Assembly: GCF_006345805.1 (NCBI RefSeq)
Contig: NC_043008.1
Span: 72,478,001-72,542,000 of the forward strand
DNA length: 64,000 nucleotides
Direction of reading: 5' to 3'
DNA from: Octopus sinensis
Taxonomy: Eukaryota
Positions 1 through 13,525 of the stretch are shown here, piece after piece; position 1 is the first letter of the stretch; every line of letters begins with the position of its first letter. The notes beneath the pieces were generated by a model that worked only from the letters and a program-made list of their open reading frames with translations, made no database searches and was not told where the DNA came from. The position numbers were made by a program, and so were the translations under genes.

Positions 1-2118
1 TAGCCAGAAGTGAGGCCAGGAGACATATATATATATATAGTCAAGGAAGAATCAGAAAAGAAGAAGTTTTCTAGTGCTCAGCAACATGAGGACCAAAGAA
101 CCAAAGTATTTTGGATTACAAGACAGTGTGTGAGAGAAAATTGTGATGTTACAGGAGAGAAATATCTGCATGGATGATGGTGCACTTGCTTTTACTGATT
201 CTGCAAATAAAGACGCTTGGAGATGCCATTATGAAAGGCTGCTGAATATAGAGAATGAATGAGAGGAGGAGAGCCTGCCAAATGTTGACCCATTTGGGGT
301 ACCAGCTATGAGAATCGATAGCACCCTGGTAGATAAAGCATTTAAGGATATGAAGACAGGAAAAGTCCCTGGCCCATCAGGAATCACTGCTGAGGTGCTT
401 AAAGTATCTGGTGGTGTGGGTTATGGTCTAGTCACTTGTATTGTAAATCAGGTAGTTCACGAAGGAGTCATACACAATGACTGTTGTAGTAGCACCATAG
501 TCAATTGCTAGAAAGGAAAAGGTGAAGCTTTAGATAGAAATAACTACAGGGGTATGAAACTGCTGGGTCAGGTAATGAAGATCATGGAGAGCATCTTAGC
601 CCAACTAATTAGGGAGAGAGTCTGCTTAGATGATATGCAGTTCAGTTTTGTGCCAGGTAGAAGCATCACTGATGCTATATTCCTGGCAAGGCAACTGTTG
701 GAGAAATGTCTAGCTAAAGATAAACTCCTAGACTTGGCTTTTGTTGACTTGGAGAAAGCGTTTGACAGGGTCCCCCAATCCCTTATCTGGTGGGCGATGT
801 GTTTCAAGCCCACCAGATAAGGGATAGGCAGGTGGTTAATAAGAGCTGTACAGGGATACTGTCAGTAAGGTAAGGGCCAGCAATGAGTATAATGAAGAAT
901 TCCAGGTAGAAGTAGGAGTTCACCAAGGATCAGCCCCCATCTCCTTCTTATTCATCATAGTCCTCAAGGCAATAACAGAAGAATACAAGACAGGCTGCCC
1001 CTGTAAACTCCTCTATGCTGATGACCTTGCTCTCATAGCTGAATCATAACCAGAACTAGAGAGGAAGCAAAGTTTAGAATCAAAGAGCCTTAGAGTCAAT
1101 GTTGCAAAAATCAAAGTCCCAGTAAGTAGGAAGGCAAACAAATCACAAACCGCTTCAGGTAGATGGCCCTGCTCAATCTGTAGAAAAGTTGTTGGTAGAA
1201 ACTCCATAAGATGTACTGAGTGTAAGCTATGGATGCATAAGAGGTGCAGCAACATCAAAGGAAGGTTAACCAGGATGATAGCTTTTGTGTGCAGCAGATG
1301 CACAGGGGCAATAAACACCAAAGAGCTGTGTGAAGAAGTGTCATTCCCTAGCAGTGGAAAGAACCCATGGAAGGGGGAGACCCAGGAAGACATGGGATAA
1401 GGTGATGAAGTGTAACCTTCGAACGTTGGGCCTCACAGAGGTGATGACAAGAGACTGAAACCTCTGGAGATAAGTTGTATTTGAGAAGACCAGGCAAGTA
1501 AAGTAAGATCACTGCTGTAGCCTTTACCAGTGTTGCATAACCAGCCCTTTTAAAAAGTACCTTTGAATCATCGGGTGACATGCCAAGCTTGAGGAGACAT
1601 ATTGAGTCAAGTAAAATCAAAAATCAAAATCAAATTAGAATCAGAATCTCAATTAAACCGAAATAAAAAATGGAAATTGTAGTTGTGGCCAATGCCAGTG
1701 CCGCCTGACTGGCTCCTGTGCTGGTGGCACACAATAAGCACCATTCATGCATGGATTGTTGCCAGTGTCACATGACAGGCTCCCCATGCAGGCGGCACGT
1801 AAAAAGCACCATCTGAACATGGTTGATGCCAGCCCATCCTGACCAACCCACCGCTCCAACTGGGTCCTATGCTGGTGGCATGTAAAAAGCACCATCTAAA
1901 CATGGCCAATGCCAGTATTGCCTGACTGGCACCTGTGCCGGTGGAATGTAAAAAGCACCCACTAGACTCTCAGAGTGGTTGGCATTAGGAAGGGCATGCA
2001 GCTGTAGAAACATTGTCAGATCAGATTGAAACCTGGTGCAACCTCTTTGCCAGTCCCCAGTTATACCGTCCAACCCATGCCAGCATGGAAAACGAACGTT
2101 AAGTGACGATGATGATGA
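1..2118 (+). mobile_element. Decayed RTE-clade LINE (RT region, PHD-like motif, 3' UTR, (GAT)n tail), running off the 5' edge of the window
   Basis: ORFs 308-511 (KTGKVPGPSGIT) and 554-820 (QFSFVPGRS..DAIF, AFVDLEKAFDRVP); YADD codons near 1014-1025; WPCSICRK...HKRC at about 1163-1300; stops and frameshifts; ends gttaagtgacgatgatgatgag. Homologous to the 58.6-62.5 kb copy. Confidence 0.93.
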
Positions 2119-3529
2119 GGATGACGAAATACATTATATATATACACACACATACACACAAACACATTTGTTGATGAACCAACTAATGTGCTTCTCCATT
2201 TTCTTATTTGCTATATATATATATATATATATATTTATACATACCTGCATATTGTTTAGGTGTGTATGATGAGACAAGTCATGATTGTTAAATAAGATGC
2301 TCTTAAGAAAATGAATACTATTTTTTAGTAGTAAATGGCAAATTGGATAGAACATTGGACGAAATACCTTGTGGTTTTTAGCTACATCTCTTTATGTTCT
2401 GAGTTCATGTGAGTATGATAGCATGCTACATAAGTAGCCATCCCCGCACTCACATTGTCACCATTATTTTCAAGGCCATTGATATTGTAAGTGGTTCGTC
2501 ACATATCATTTACAGTACAGCATAACTGATTTTGAGAAATTCAGAAGAATCGAATACCAATACATGACAGGTACTTTATTGACCTGGGAGAATAAAATAA
2601 AAAAAAAGGTTGACCATAATGAGATTTGAACTTAGATTGCTAATAGCCAAAACAATTTCTAGGTGGTATTTATTCAGTAAACTTATGATTCAGCCAACAG
2701 TCATCCACTAGTCAAGTAGTAGAGTCTACTGAGACCATGAGATGGTTTGAGTTACAGGAAATCAAGAGAAATAAAGAATTTAGTAGCTTGTTAAATCATC
2801 ATCATCATCATTTAGCATCTGCTTTCCATGCTAGCATGGGTTGGATGATTTGATTGAGGGCTGGCGAACCAGATGGCTGCACCAGGCTCCAATCTTGATC
2901 TGGCAGAGTTTCTACAGCTGGATGTCCTTTCTAATGCCAACCACTTCGAGAGTGTAGTGGGTGCTTTTTACATGATGCCCTTTTACAAGCCACCGGTATA
3001 CATACACATAACAAGCACAAGGGAAATAAGTGGTAGAGTTAAATTTCAGGTCTATTTAGAACTATATAATGTATATATCCTGTCTGTATTTATGATGGGA
3101 AAGTGTGAACTAAAGGAGATTTGGTTGCTATTTCTAGCAAGTAAGTGGCCACATAGACACTCCCTTGTTCTTGGCAAGAAAGGTATTTCTCTGTAAAAAA
3201 ATAGATTATAATTCATGAGTAAGGAATCTCTTGATGATTATGAAACATGGCTAGTGAAGGAATGTATAGAGATGGAGGTAAATCAAATGTAGAGAGTCGC
3301 AGTTTGATATTAGTGAATATGTTGTAGAGAATGTAAATGGACAATGACATAGGCCTCCAGTTCCTTAGTCCTTTACAAGATATCACGAAAGGCCATTTCT
3401 GATATGCTGAATAGTAACCCCTTCCATTCCATGACAGAATGTAAAAACACAATATGTTAAAACAATTCAAAAAGATATTTTATTTTAGAGATTAATTATT
3501 GTAAGTTTAATGTAGCTGCTAAACATGAT

Positions 3530-3895
3530 GCTTGTATGGCTGTGTGGTAAGAAGTTTACCTCCCAGCTACATGGTCCTAGGTTCAATCCCACTGCATGTC
3601 ACATTGGGTAGTAAGTGTCTTCTGCAGCCCCTGGCCTACCAAAGCATTGTGAGCAGATTTGTTAACTGGAAACTGAAAGAAGGCCATTGTGTGTGTGTGT
3701 GTGTGTGTGTACAACTGTCTTTTTGACATTCTCGTTATAGTTGTAAGCATTGTTATGCAAGCAGTGTCCTTCCTTTCCAGTCTTCTGTGTAAACATGTCA
3801 TGGGGAAATATTACCTTACTTGGAAGCATCTAATTCCCTCCAACCCATTTGAGCATGGAAAAGTCGACATTAAAGCATTGATGATGATGATGATG
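3530..3895 (+). mobile_element. tRNA-derived SINE, degenerate
   Basis: A-box/B-box-like head (tggctgtgtggtaag...ggttcaatccc), body shared with copies near 7.4 kb and 39.3 kb, internal (TG)n, RTE-like tail ending (ATG)n. Confidence 0.75.
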
Positions 3896-5327
3896 GTTCA
3901 AACATTAGCAGACAGTTGACTTCAAATTACCAAATCTGATCACAGAATTGTCTCGTCAACTCTGTAACTATTTCAATAGCGATATTCCTATTATCATTGA
4001 TGCTTCAAATAAAGTGACCCATTTAACACCTCACTGCCCTCTGCTTCTAAAAATGGCATTGCAGCAAACCATCTGAGACCATAATCGGATAAAATTGAAT
4101 TTAATCAAGCACAATGCATGTTGTTTATATGATTCATAAGATGTATTTTCTCTTCTTAAGAGATTATGTAAATATCTTGTCAGATTGAAACTAATGAAGC
4201 ATTTCAGTAACCTTTGTTGTTTGTGCATCTTGATCTGCTGATTGGTGTTTTCCATTGCATTTCTACAGGAAATGCACTTTTGTATTCACTTCATTATTTC
4301 TCCTTGTCTTTTATTGTCACTTGGTTGAATAAAACCATTGACACTTCTCGCATGCAACATACTCTTCATAGTTTGGCTCAGAAAAGAAAGCCTCTATTCT
4401 TATATTATGAGGTCTAAATCCACCTTATTAACACGGCTCCCTTATGATCCAAAAAGGGAGCCTGTACAAGGTGATTCAACTTGCATGAAATAGTAGCTGA
4501 ATCTCCCTCAAATCATATTTTATTGCTCTTGAAAAGAGCACAAGTTTGCATATAGGAAAAAGAAGATAAGGTCATGGCTGGAATGGTTTTGAATATGTCT
4601 GCTTGGCTAGAGCTGACCTGGGGTTAAACAACAGTAAACCTTCCTATCACTAGTTTCGACCTGACATCATTTCAGTAAACATTTTCTCATGCCATTGTTA
4701 CTTTCAATTACATTTGCAATCAATATCTCCTGATATTATATCTGGGGCATATCACAAGCATTAGTGTTAAACCCTATATTTAGTTTAATTTTGTTTACCC
4801 AGAAAAACTGTCCACTCCAAAAACAATCTGTCATCATTTTCTGGACTAATCACTGGTGAGCCTTATGTAATAGCAGTAGCAATAACCAGCAACTGCTTTC
4901 TACCAGCACCAGTCTATGTCAGTATTTTGTCCCAACCAATTACACAGTGAATCTCATTCATCATCAACTAAGCCTACCCACATCTTTACTTTTTGAATCA
5001 ATCAGCTATTTCAAGAATTTGTGCCATCACAAGTCTACATCATCAGTTTCCTTAACCAATCATTGGCTAAGACTGGTGCATTGGTTAAGACCTTACTGAC
5101 CGAAATTGTTAGCAGTGGTTATTAATCATGCAGCCCAGTTGAAGGTCACAGGATTACCAAGTCATGGTAACCCAGAGTGGTAGGACCATCTCCCAGAGTA
5201 GCAGTGCCACTTATCTTCTTGTAGGAGACTTGGTAGTTGACTAGCTATGGAACTTTCAACTCAGATATCAGTTCCATCAGCAGCACAGATACCATCATAA
5301 AGAACAAAACTAGCTTAATGTATATGC

Positions 5328-5395
<68 letters not shown>

Positions 5396-5410
5396 GTATA
5401 TATATATATA

Positions 5411-5572
5411 TAAATTTATAAATAAGGATAATATCGATATTATCAAGTGACTAGCATGGGGAAAAATACCGTCCAAAGGTAATAATTTTTTACAACTAAA
5501 AATAAGAGTGTCTGAGAGACACCACCATGCCGGCATGGTGGTGTCTCTCAGACACCCTAATTTTTAGTTGTA
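5411..5572. repeat. Fold-back element: 41-bp arms (5491-5531 / 5532-5572) plus an unpaired ~80-bp extension, between (TA)n tracts
   Basis: tacaactaaaaataagagtgtctgagagacaccaccatgcc is followed directly by its reverse complement with 2 mismatches and no spacer. Confidence 0.85.
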
Positions 5573-6254
5573 TATATATATATACATATCAATCACCATG
5601 CCAACTAACAAGGAGTACCATGAGGTCATATCAAAAACATTTGTGAACTTATAATATACTATCCACCTCACTTTTCATTATATGGTACTCTACAATAACC
5701 TATTCCCTTTACAATTCAAGTCAGTCCATTTGAAAAGTGAACAGGATATTGTAAGGAACATTCTAAGAGCCAAAAATGGGAAATCATATATACAGAGAAA
5801 CACAAATTTTGCTTTACATCAGTATCTATCAACCCTTTTTCACCTATGGACTCTTTTGATGCCTATTTTACTAGTATGATCCCTCTTAACCATTCTGTTA
5901 TTATTTTTTTTAAAAATCATGTTATATTTTTATAATTAGATATCATTAGCAATGGTGTAACAAAATTAAAATATTTTGTGTATTGTAGAAGTATATTCAG
6001 TTTATTGCTAATAAATTTTAACAACAAAATATTAGTCGATCTTCAAGGGCTGTAAGGACCTTGGTTGAAAATCACTGCAATACATGCATGTTTCATGTTT
6101 ATGTGCTCAAATACTGCACATGACCCTGGCTTCATGTTGTGTCATGCAGCCAGGGCTTGATTCAAAACTTACAGCAGCATTAGTTATTACAAGGTACCTT
6201 AAGAAAAATTACATGCACAGATCTTTTTATAGACACATTTGCACAAAAGAACTT

Positions 6255-6530
6255 GAGCAAGTGTCTTATACTATAGCCTTGGGTCAACCAAAGTTTTGTG
6301 ACGGGATATGGTAGACAGAAACTAAAAGAAGCCGATCATGTGTGTGTGTGTGTGTGTGTGTGTGTCTCCTACCATGGCTTGACAACCAGTGCTGGTGTGT
6401 TTAAATCTCTGTAAATTAGCTGTTTGGCAAACGTGACCAATAGAATAAGTACCAGGCTTATAAAAATAAGTACTGGTGGAGCACCAGCAAGGCCACAATC
6501 TAAGAATTGAAACAAGTAAAAGATAAAAGA
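6255..6530 (+). mobile_element. 5'-truncated tRNA-SINE
   Basis: Matches the body and tail of the SINEs at 7.4 and 39.3 kb (gagcaagtgtctt...ctatagcc...gaaactaaaagaagcc...aataagtaccaggctt...gaaacaagtaaaagataaaaga). Confidence 0.7.
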
Positions 6531-6639
6531 TATCCTGCAGATTTACTTGCAGGTTATGTACATCACATAAACTCATTTCCAGCTAGAATGCATATCATGC
6601 ATTTTGTAAATTCATAGAATTGCTTTGTGCACTCATTGT

Positions 6640-7080
6640 AGACGGAACATGTGGAAGGGGTAGACCCAGGTATCATTGAACAAAGTGGTGAGAAAGGATC
6701 CACAAACGTTGGGACTCACAGAGGAGATGACAAGGGACTAAGACTCCTGGTGGTTTGCTGTGCTTGAAAAGAAACATCAAGTTTAGTAAAAGCATGGTTG
6801 CCCTTGCATATTGGCTCATCCTTTGCAACCTTGTCCAGCTCAGCATCCCTAATCTTGCAAACTCATAAGTGCTGGTACCACATAAAAAGCACCTGTACTG
6901 GTGCTGCATAAATGCACCTAGTACACTCTCGTAAAGTTGCTGGCATTAGGAAGGGCATCCAGCCATAGAATCCATGCCAAAACAGACATGGAGCCTGAAC
7001 AACTCTTGAGATGGTCAGCTTCTGTCAAACCGTCCAGCCCATACCATCATGGAAAATGGACATTAAATGATGATGATGAT
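6640..7080 (+). mobile_element. RTE LINE 3'-end fragment
   Basis: ggaaggggtagacccagg...ggcattaggaagggcatccagcc...catggaaaatggacattaaatgatgatg, similar to the 3' end of the full RTE. Confidence 0.75.
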
Positions 7081-7379
7081 GTGTGAGCATATACAGGCTG
7101 GGCCAAAAATAACACTCCAGAACATTTGAAATCTTATTTTTATTTTAATCCACTTTGTTCATCATGTACAAGTATATGTGTATTCATCATTATTCTATTT
7201 ATTATATTTAAGTTCAGAAACATTGAAACTTGTCTTTGAAAATTCTGGAGCATATTCAACTTATATTTTGCATGACTTATGGCCCACCCACTGCATTTGG
7301 TCACCTTATGCTCACTCATATACTTGTGTTGCTTCAAAATGGAGAATACTTTGAAGTTGATAAGAGCAAGCATGTAAAA

Positions 7380-7573
7380 CTACTCTACTTATTTCAGTCA
7401 TGTGACTGTGACCATGCTGGAGCACCACCTTTAGTCGAGCAAATCGACCTCAGGAATTATTCTTTGTAAGCCAAGTACTTATTCTGTTGGGCTCTTTTGC
7501 CAAACCGCTAAGTTACGGGGATGTAAACACACCAGCATCGGTTGTCAAGCGATGTTGTGGGGGACAAACATAT

Positions 7574-7619
<46 letters not shown>

Positions 7620-7780
7620 GACGGGCTTCTTTCAATTTCTGTCTACCAAATCCACTCACAAGGCTTTGGTCAGCCCGAGGCTTTAGTAGAAGACACTTAC
7701 CCAAGGTGCCATGCAGTGGGAATGAACCCGGAACCATGTGGTTGGTAAGCAAGCTACTTACCACAGAGCTACTCCTGCAC
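7380..7780 (-). mobile_element. tRNA-derived SINE, near full length
   Basis: Minus strand begins gtgcaggagtagctctgtggtaagtagcttgcttaccaaccacatggttccgggttcattccc (A and B boxes), then the shared body and internal (TA)n/(TG)n. Confidence 0.85.
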
Positions 7781-8245
7781 TATTGAATAAAAATATATTG
7801 CAAAATTCCAGTTTCTTTTAGGTACCCTTTCAGACATATACTGACCCTTATAGTGTCACAATATAGCATGACACTGTATGTACACTCTGGGTACCATATA
7901 CACATATACGTACCATACATAACTTGATGCTATATCCTCTCTGGTGGTTATCATATACTCAGTGGCATGGCATCATGTATACACTCACACACACATACAC
8001 ACATACATATATATATATATAGTGTTTGTTACCGTATATACATACCTTTATGCACACTGGTACTAGTTGCTCCTTTGTGCCATATACATGCATACATCAA
8101 TATATATATATCTTATATATATGCCATCTGGTTTGCCAGTCCTCAGTCAGATCATCCAACCCATGCTAGAATGGAAAGTGGACGTTAAATGATGATGATG
8201 ATGATATATATATATATATATATATAACGTAGAGATTTATTATTG

Positions 8246-8290
<45 letters not shown>

Positions 8291-8724
8291 CACATACATT
8301 GGTACTGTGTATCAGACTAGGATCATACACTTAGATGATGATGATGATGATAGACTATTAAACTTCCCATTTAGAATAACTGCACGAATCCTCACTGCTC
8401 TTCCCACTTCCCCACTCTTGATCTGTTGATCCGCCATACAACATCGCATCAGCATACACATAAAGTGTCTGGAGAACAATGTCTGTTAGCAGGAGTTAAT
8501 TAGGTCAGAACTCAGTTGTATAGACCAGCAGAAATGGTAAATGCAGTTAATTAAGACACAGTTAATTTAGACGACATTAGCAAAAACAAAAACAAAAAAA
8601 TCATTTAAAAAACATTTTTTTTTTTCAAAAAGTGGAAGAAAAGCAACCAGCTAAAAGCAAAGCATAAAATCAAAAACTAGGTAAAGAATGAAAAGAACAA
8701 ACCAAAAGCAAAATAAAAAGATAA

Positions 8725-8780
8725 GCATATATATATATATATGTGTATATACATATATATACATATGTGTGTATATATAA

Positions 8781-8823
<43 letters not shown>

Positions 8824-8849
8824 CATACATATATATATATATATAATAT

Positions 8850-8892
<43 letters not shown>

Positions 8893-9075
8893 CATATATA
8901 TACACATATATATATAAAGATAGATATATATGCGTGTATGTGTATATACTCACATATATAGAGAGAATGGATATATATATATATACCTACACACACATGG
9001 ACATACACACATGCACACACACACAGACATATACACACGCATACGTACATACATACACACATATGTACACATATA
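8725..9075. repeat. (TA)n/(TACA)n/(CA)n compound microsatellite
   Basis: Direct inspection; explains the spurious Y/I/H/T-rich ORFs. Confidence 0.95.
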
Positions 9076-10379
9076 GCTACCCTTCTGAAGATAAGTTTAC
9101 TGCAGACATGATGATGATGATGATGATGATACTAAGTAGCTCTGGATGGAGCCTATTAGTAGGTGAAAAATTCCCTGATAAAATGGTTTTGGCTTTAGTT
9201 TAATGTGGTGCTTTCTTTTCCTGTCTTGTTATTGATTCTGCATTATCTTCTGCGCGACACTAACGCACGTCGATGTTTGATGTTGTATTTTTGTACCGAA
9301 ACTAAATAACCGCTTATCTGTTGCGATTCTCTTAGATTCTTTTTTATTTCTTTTTCTGATTTTTTAAAAATATTTTTTCAAACTTATTTTTATTTTCCAA
9401 TTTTATTTATTCATTTCTTTTTTATTTAAATTGTTTTTATTGTTTGATTTTGTAAATGTCTTTTTTTTTTGTTTATTTGTTTATTATCTTGCAGAAGTGC
9501 AGCTCTTTAGCGAGCTTTATGAAACGAAAACAAAATAGCAAAGAGAGGAAAACGGACAAAAAGAGAAAAAAAATTCAAATAAAATAGATTCTTGTCTCCT
9601 TTTTTCCCTCTTCTCTTACTTCCTCATCTCTCTCATACACATACACGCTTGGGCACATGCGCACATGCTATCCCTCATTCACTTACACATTCTCACCCAC
9701 CTTCTCACTATTATTTCTGCTGCAACCACTTTGATACAATTTTGTTTTCTTCTACATCCAATAAACAGGCAATTACATAGCATGTCATGATCCAGCACAA
9801 CTATCCATCAATGGGTGAATGGATATCATTTTCCTTTTTTCCTTTTTGTTTTCCTCCACTTCATCAAATATATGACAAGGATATGGTACCCAGAGACAAA
9901 AAAGAACATGTGCAGTTGAACTTAAGACATATCAGATTGTGTTTGTGTGTGTGTGAGATCATTTACCATCTGTTTTCCCATGTTGGTATGGGTTGGATAG
10001 TTTGATAAGAGCTGGCAAACCAGAGAACCATGTCAAGCTTCAAGTGTCAGCTTTGGCATGGCTTCTACAAATGGATGCTCTTTCTAATGCCAACAACTTT
10101 ACCGAGTGTACAAGATACATTTTTACATGGTGTAGGCTCTAGTGAGATTACCAAGTCACTCACATGAGAAGACATCCCCCCCCCAGATGTCATGCTGTTG
10201 GGGTGATACACAGTTACTCCTCTTGGAAGAAAAACAGAATGATGGTGAAAATGTATCAAACACATCCTCCTGTTACAAGAAAGCAATAAAGAGAGGTGCT
10301 ATAGGTAGGTAAGTTTGTTGGAAGGTGAGAAGCAAGTGGCAGAGAGACAGCAGGAGATGCAGTGAGTGGTGAATCTAGA

Positions 10380-12255
10380 TGGGGGTAGAGTTAAATGTGA
10401 TTATCTGTTGGAGATCAAGGAGTGTGTCAGGAAGGTAATTGCTCTGAACTTTCTCCAGCAGATTCTCGTTTTGGTGGCTACACTTTCAGAGCATCCTCCC
10501 ACTGCTAAGTAGCTCACCTAGATAACAGAAATTATCTACTATCTCAAAGGATCCTTCTGGGTATATGAGGAAATCTGTTTCCTGTGTATTTTTAGTGTTT
10601 ATTCAAACTATCTTCTCTGTTAACCTTGCTGTGATACCACTGAACATCTCATGTGTTCATAGCTTGCACTGGATACACCGTATAGATTTTCTATCTACAC
10701 CTTTTCTACACACCAATCAGGATCCTTTCCTTAAAGGAATTTATAATTAGTCTATTTTCCTGCCTAGGACTTTGGTCTTTGCTAAGTTAACTCTAACACC
10801 CTTTGATTCCATTTTTTGCTCCACACCTAGAATTTCTTTGCTAATTCTACTTTAGATTCTGTTATAAAAATAGTATTCAGTATAGAGAAGCTCCCACAGG
10901 CAACCAATCTTAAATTCCTCTGTTATGGATATTATGATAAATAAGGGAGGTCTGAGAATCAAGCCCGGGTGATCTCTTATCTTCACATTAAATTCATTGT
11001 TATACTCATTGCTGATTCTTACCTTTGACAGCACCCAAGTAAATGGCTTGGGGAGACAGTTCACACCAGCCATTCTTTTAGCCTTATCTTCTACAGCAAG
11101 TTCTACATGAGGGAATGAGAGACCCTTTCAAAGGCTTTCTCCATGTCAAAGTATGCAAAGTATAGCAGATTATTTTTGGCTAAATGCTTCTCCTGAAGTT
11201 GCTTTACTAGGAAGATAGAATCAATACCACTTCTCCCTAGCATGAAACCAAACTGAATCTCATCTAAGCTTACTTCTTAAATAGTTGCGCAATAGCCCTT
11301 TCTGTAACTTTCATGACTGGGTCTGGCAAATTTGATAAACCTATAATTACTTCAGAAACAGTTAACTATAATGCTGCTAAACTAGTTGTTGGATACACCT
11401 TCTAGTACAACCTGATAAATTATATGCATGACTAGGCTGTGTATTCACTCAACCAGGTCTTTTAAGCATCTTGGCGGTAATTTTTGAAGGATCAGTGGCT
11501 TTCCTTATCTTCATGTCTTTGATTGCTTTATCTATCCTATTGCTGTTGAGTGGAAAACATGATCCCTTTATTGGGTTCTCATTGGGAAGATTATTATTCT
11601 CTCATGCATTTTCCATGTCTAGTAACTTTTCATAACAGGACTTGCATGTCTCTTTCTTTTCAGAATTACTAAGTGCTTGTGTACTATCATCTATCTATAC
11701 ACATTTCTCTCCTACTCATAATTTTTCCTGAAATACTGTCGTGCAATTCTGTAAGCTTCATGCCTCTGGTCCTCACACCGAGGAAATTGGCAAACACTTT
11801 TCCTATGTCTCCCCTTTCTAAATATATCAGCTGCTTAAATTCTCTTCGAGCAACCTGGTATAGTTCTCTCCTAGCCGAATGTCTTGTAAGAACTTTCAGT
11901 TGTCCTGTCTTCTCTTTCTCATCAAGTGTTTCATTTAGGACTTTTGTAAATCTGTAACTATTCCATGGATCCTTAAGCTTCCGTGTTTTCTTTTTCCAAA
12001 CTACTTTGCTTCTCAGAGCCCTTTTAGCTCTAAATCTGAAGACACTAATGAATAACCTATGTTAGGGAGTTCATAGTTCACTTCGGAAGGACATTGCAAT
12101 TATGAGTATCTGTCTATCAGGCTTTCTGGTTTCTGGTGAGAATGTTAATCGGGCTTGTTGGGCATCAGATTGACAGGTGATCAGGTGATTGACTGGTTTC
12201 CTGTAGTTATAGTTGAGGTCTATTAGATCATTTGCATCCAATAGTCTTGGTCTGT
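10380..12255 (-). mobile_element. Older, diverged RTE LINE (end of endonuclease, linker, RT, PHD-like region)
   Basis: Minus-strand remnants LDANDLIDLNYNYRKPVNHLIT (APE), EEFKIGCLWELLY (RT), gagaaagcctttgaaagggtc, and CRKGVDRKSIRCIQCKL; many stops. Confidence 0.85.
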
Positions 12256-12345
12256 CACATACATACATACAAACTCACACACATCCCCCCACACACACAC
12301 ACATACACACACACACACCATAAGTATTATTATAATTGTGATGAA

Positions 12346-12560
12346 GGTAGTGAGCTGGCAGTATTGTTAGCACATCAGGCAAAATCCTTAATAACATTTC
12401 ATCAACCTATATGTTCTGAGTTCAAATGCCACCAGGGTCTACTTTACGATTCATCCTTTCAGGGTTGATAAAATAAGTACCAGTTGAACACTGGGGTCAA
12501 TGTAACTGACTTAACCCCTTTCCCGAAATTGCTGGGCTAATGTCAAAATTTGAAACCATT
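12346..12560 (+). mobile_element. Second tRNA-derived SINE family; further copies at about 27060-27292(-), 30800-31000, 31180-31390, 33855-34030(-), 40775-40935(-), 54790-54960
   Basis: ggtagtgagctggcag..tgttagcac...gttctgagttcaaatgcc...ttcatcctttcagggttgataaaataagtaccag...ggggtcaatgtaactgact recurs through the window. Confidence 0.8.
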
Positions 12561-13314
12561 ATCATAATTGTGATGTTGGTTATTCCCAAGGCTGACATGG
12601 CTTGGCTAATCTGTAATACTTTATTTGATCCTGTAAAATCCCATTTATGAAGGACAACATCCTCAGATCAAACTCATCATTTTATTCCATAGTAATTCCT
12701 TGAGTACAGTTTAAATTTTATATATACTTTTGGGCACTTGTGTTTACACACTATCATTGTGTGTACAATCTTAGATGTTACACAAGCATTTGCTTCTTAT
12801 TGTTGTACATATAAACTATCATATACATATGCACCCATACATTAAATGTACATGAGTGCTTCTGTGTGTGTATGTGTGTGTAGTAGACTTTGATATCAAT
12901 TATATATATATCACCTATCTCATATAGTTTCTGTATTGTTGCAGTCACTATAACGTATAGTGGCGAATGAGGGTGTTGACCAAACGTTGTCTATATGTTT
13001 CTCTCTTTCACTTTCTCTCATGTAAGATCATTTCCCCTGGCAGCCAGCAGTCGACAGTGGGACTAAAATAATTGGGTGATAAAATATAAAAGTAGACTAA
13101 TCTTGTCAAGATGGTAATACAATAGTATTTTTTATTGGTTTCATGCTTTGTTTTTCTTTAGTTAGCTTTCCCATACAGTGGAATATTTATTATGAAATAG
13201 GAGGAAATATATTTACTTCATTTGTGCAGATAGTGTAGAAATGACTCTACGTTTAATTTCTTTCTGGTGAATTATTATCAAGATCCTTGATGATACTCAA
13301 TTTGTTTAAACATA

Positions 13315-13356
13315 GATGCATATATACACACAGACACATATATGTGCACACATACA

Positions 13357-13392
<36 letters not shown>

Positions 13393-13525
13393 TGCATACA
13401 TATGTATATATGCATATACATATGTATATATATACACATACATATACACACATACACATATATACATATATGCATATATATATATACATATATATATATA
13501 TGCATATATGTGTGTGTATGTATGT
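13315..13525. repeat. (TACA)n/(TA)n microsatellite
   Basis: Direct inspection. Confidence 0.95.

Noticed and set aside
4643-4680. Minus-strand CUGAAAUGA...GAAACUAGUG, hammerhead-like
   Set aside because: First box is wrong, position 17 is G and there is no stem I.
8490-8570. Cluster of TAATTA homeodomain-type sites as a putative enhancer
   Set aside because: Common in AT-rich DNA; cannot be supported without conservation or chromatin data.
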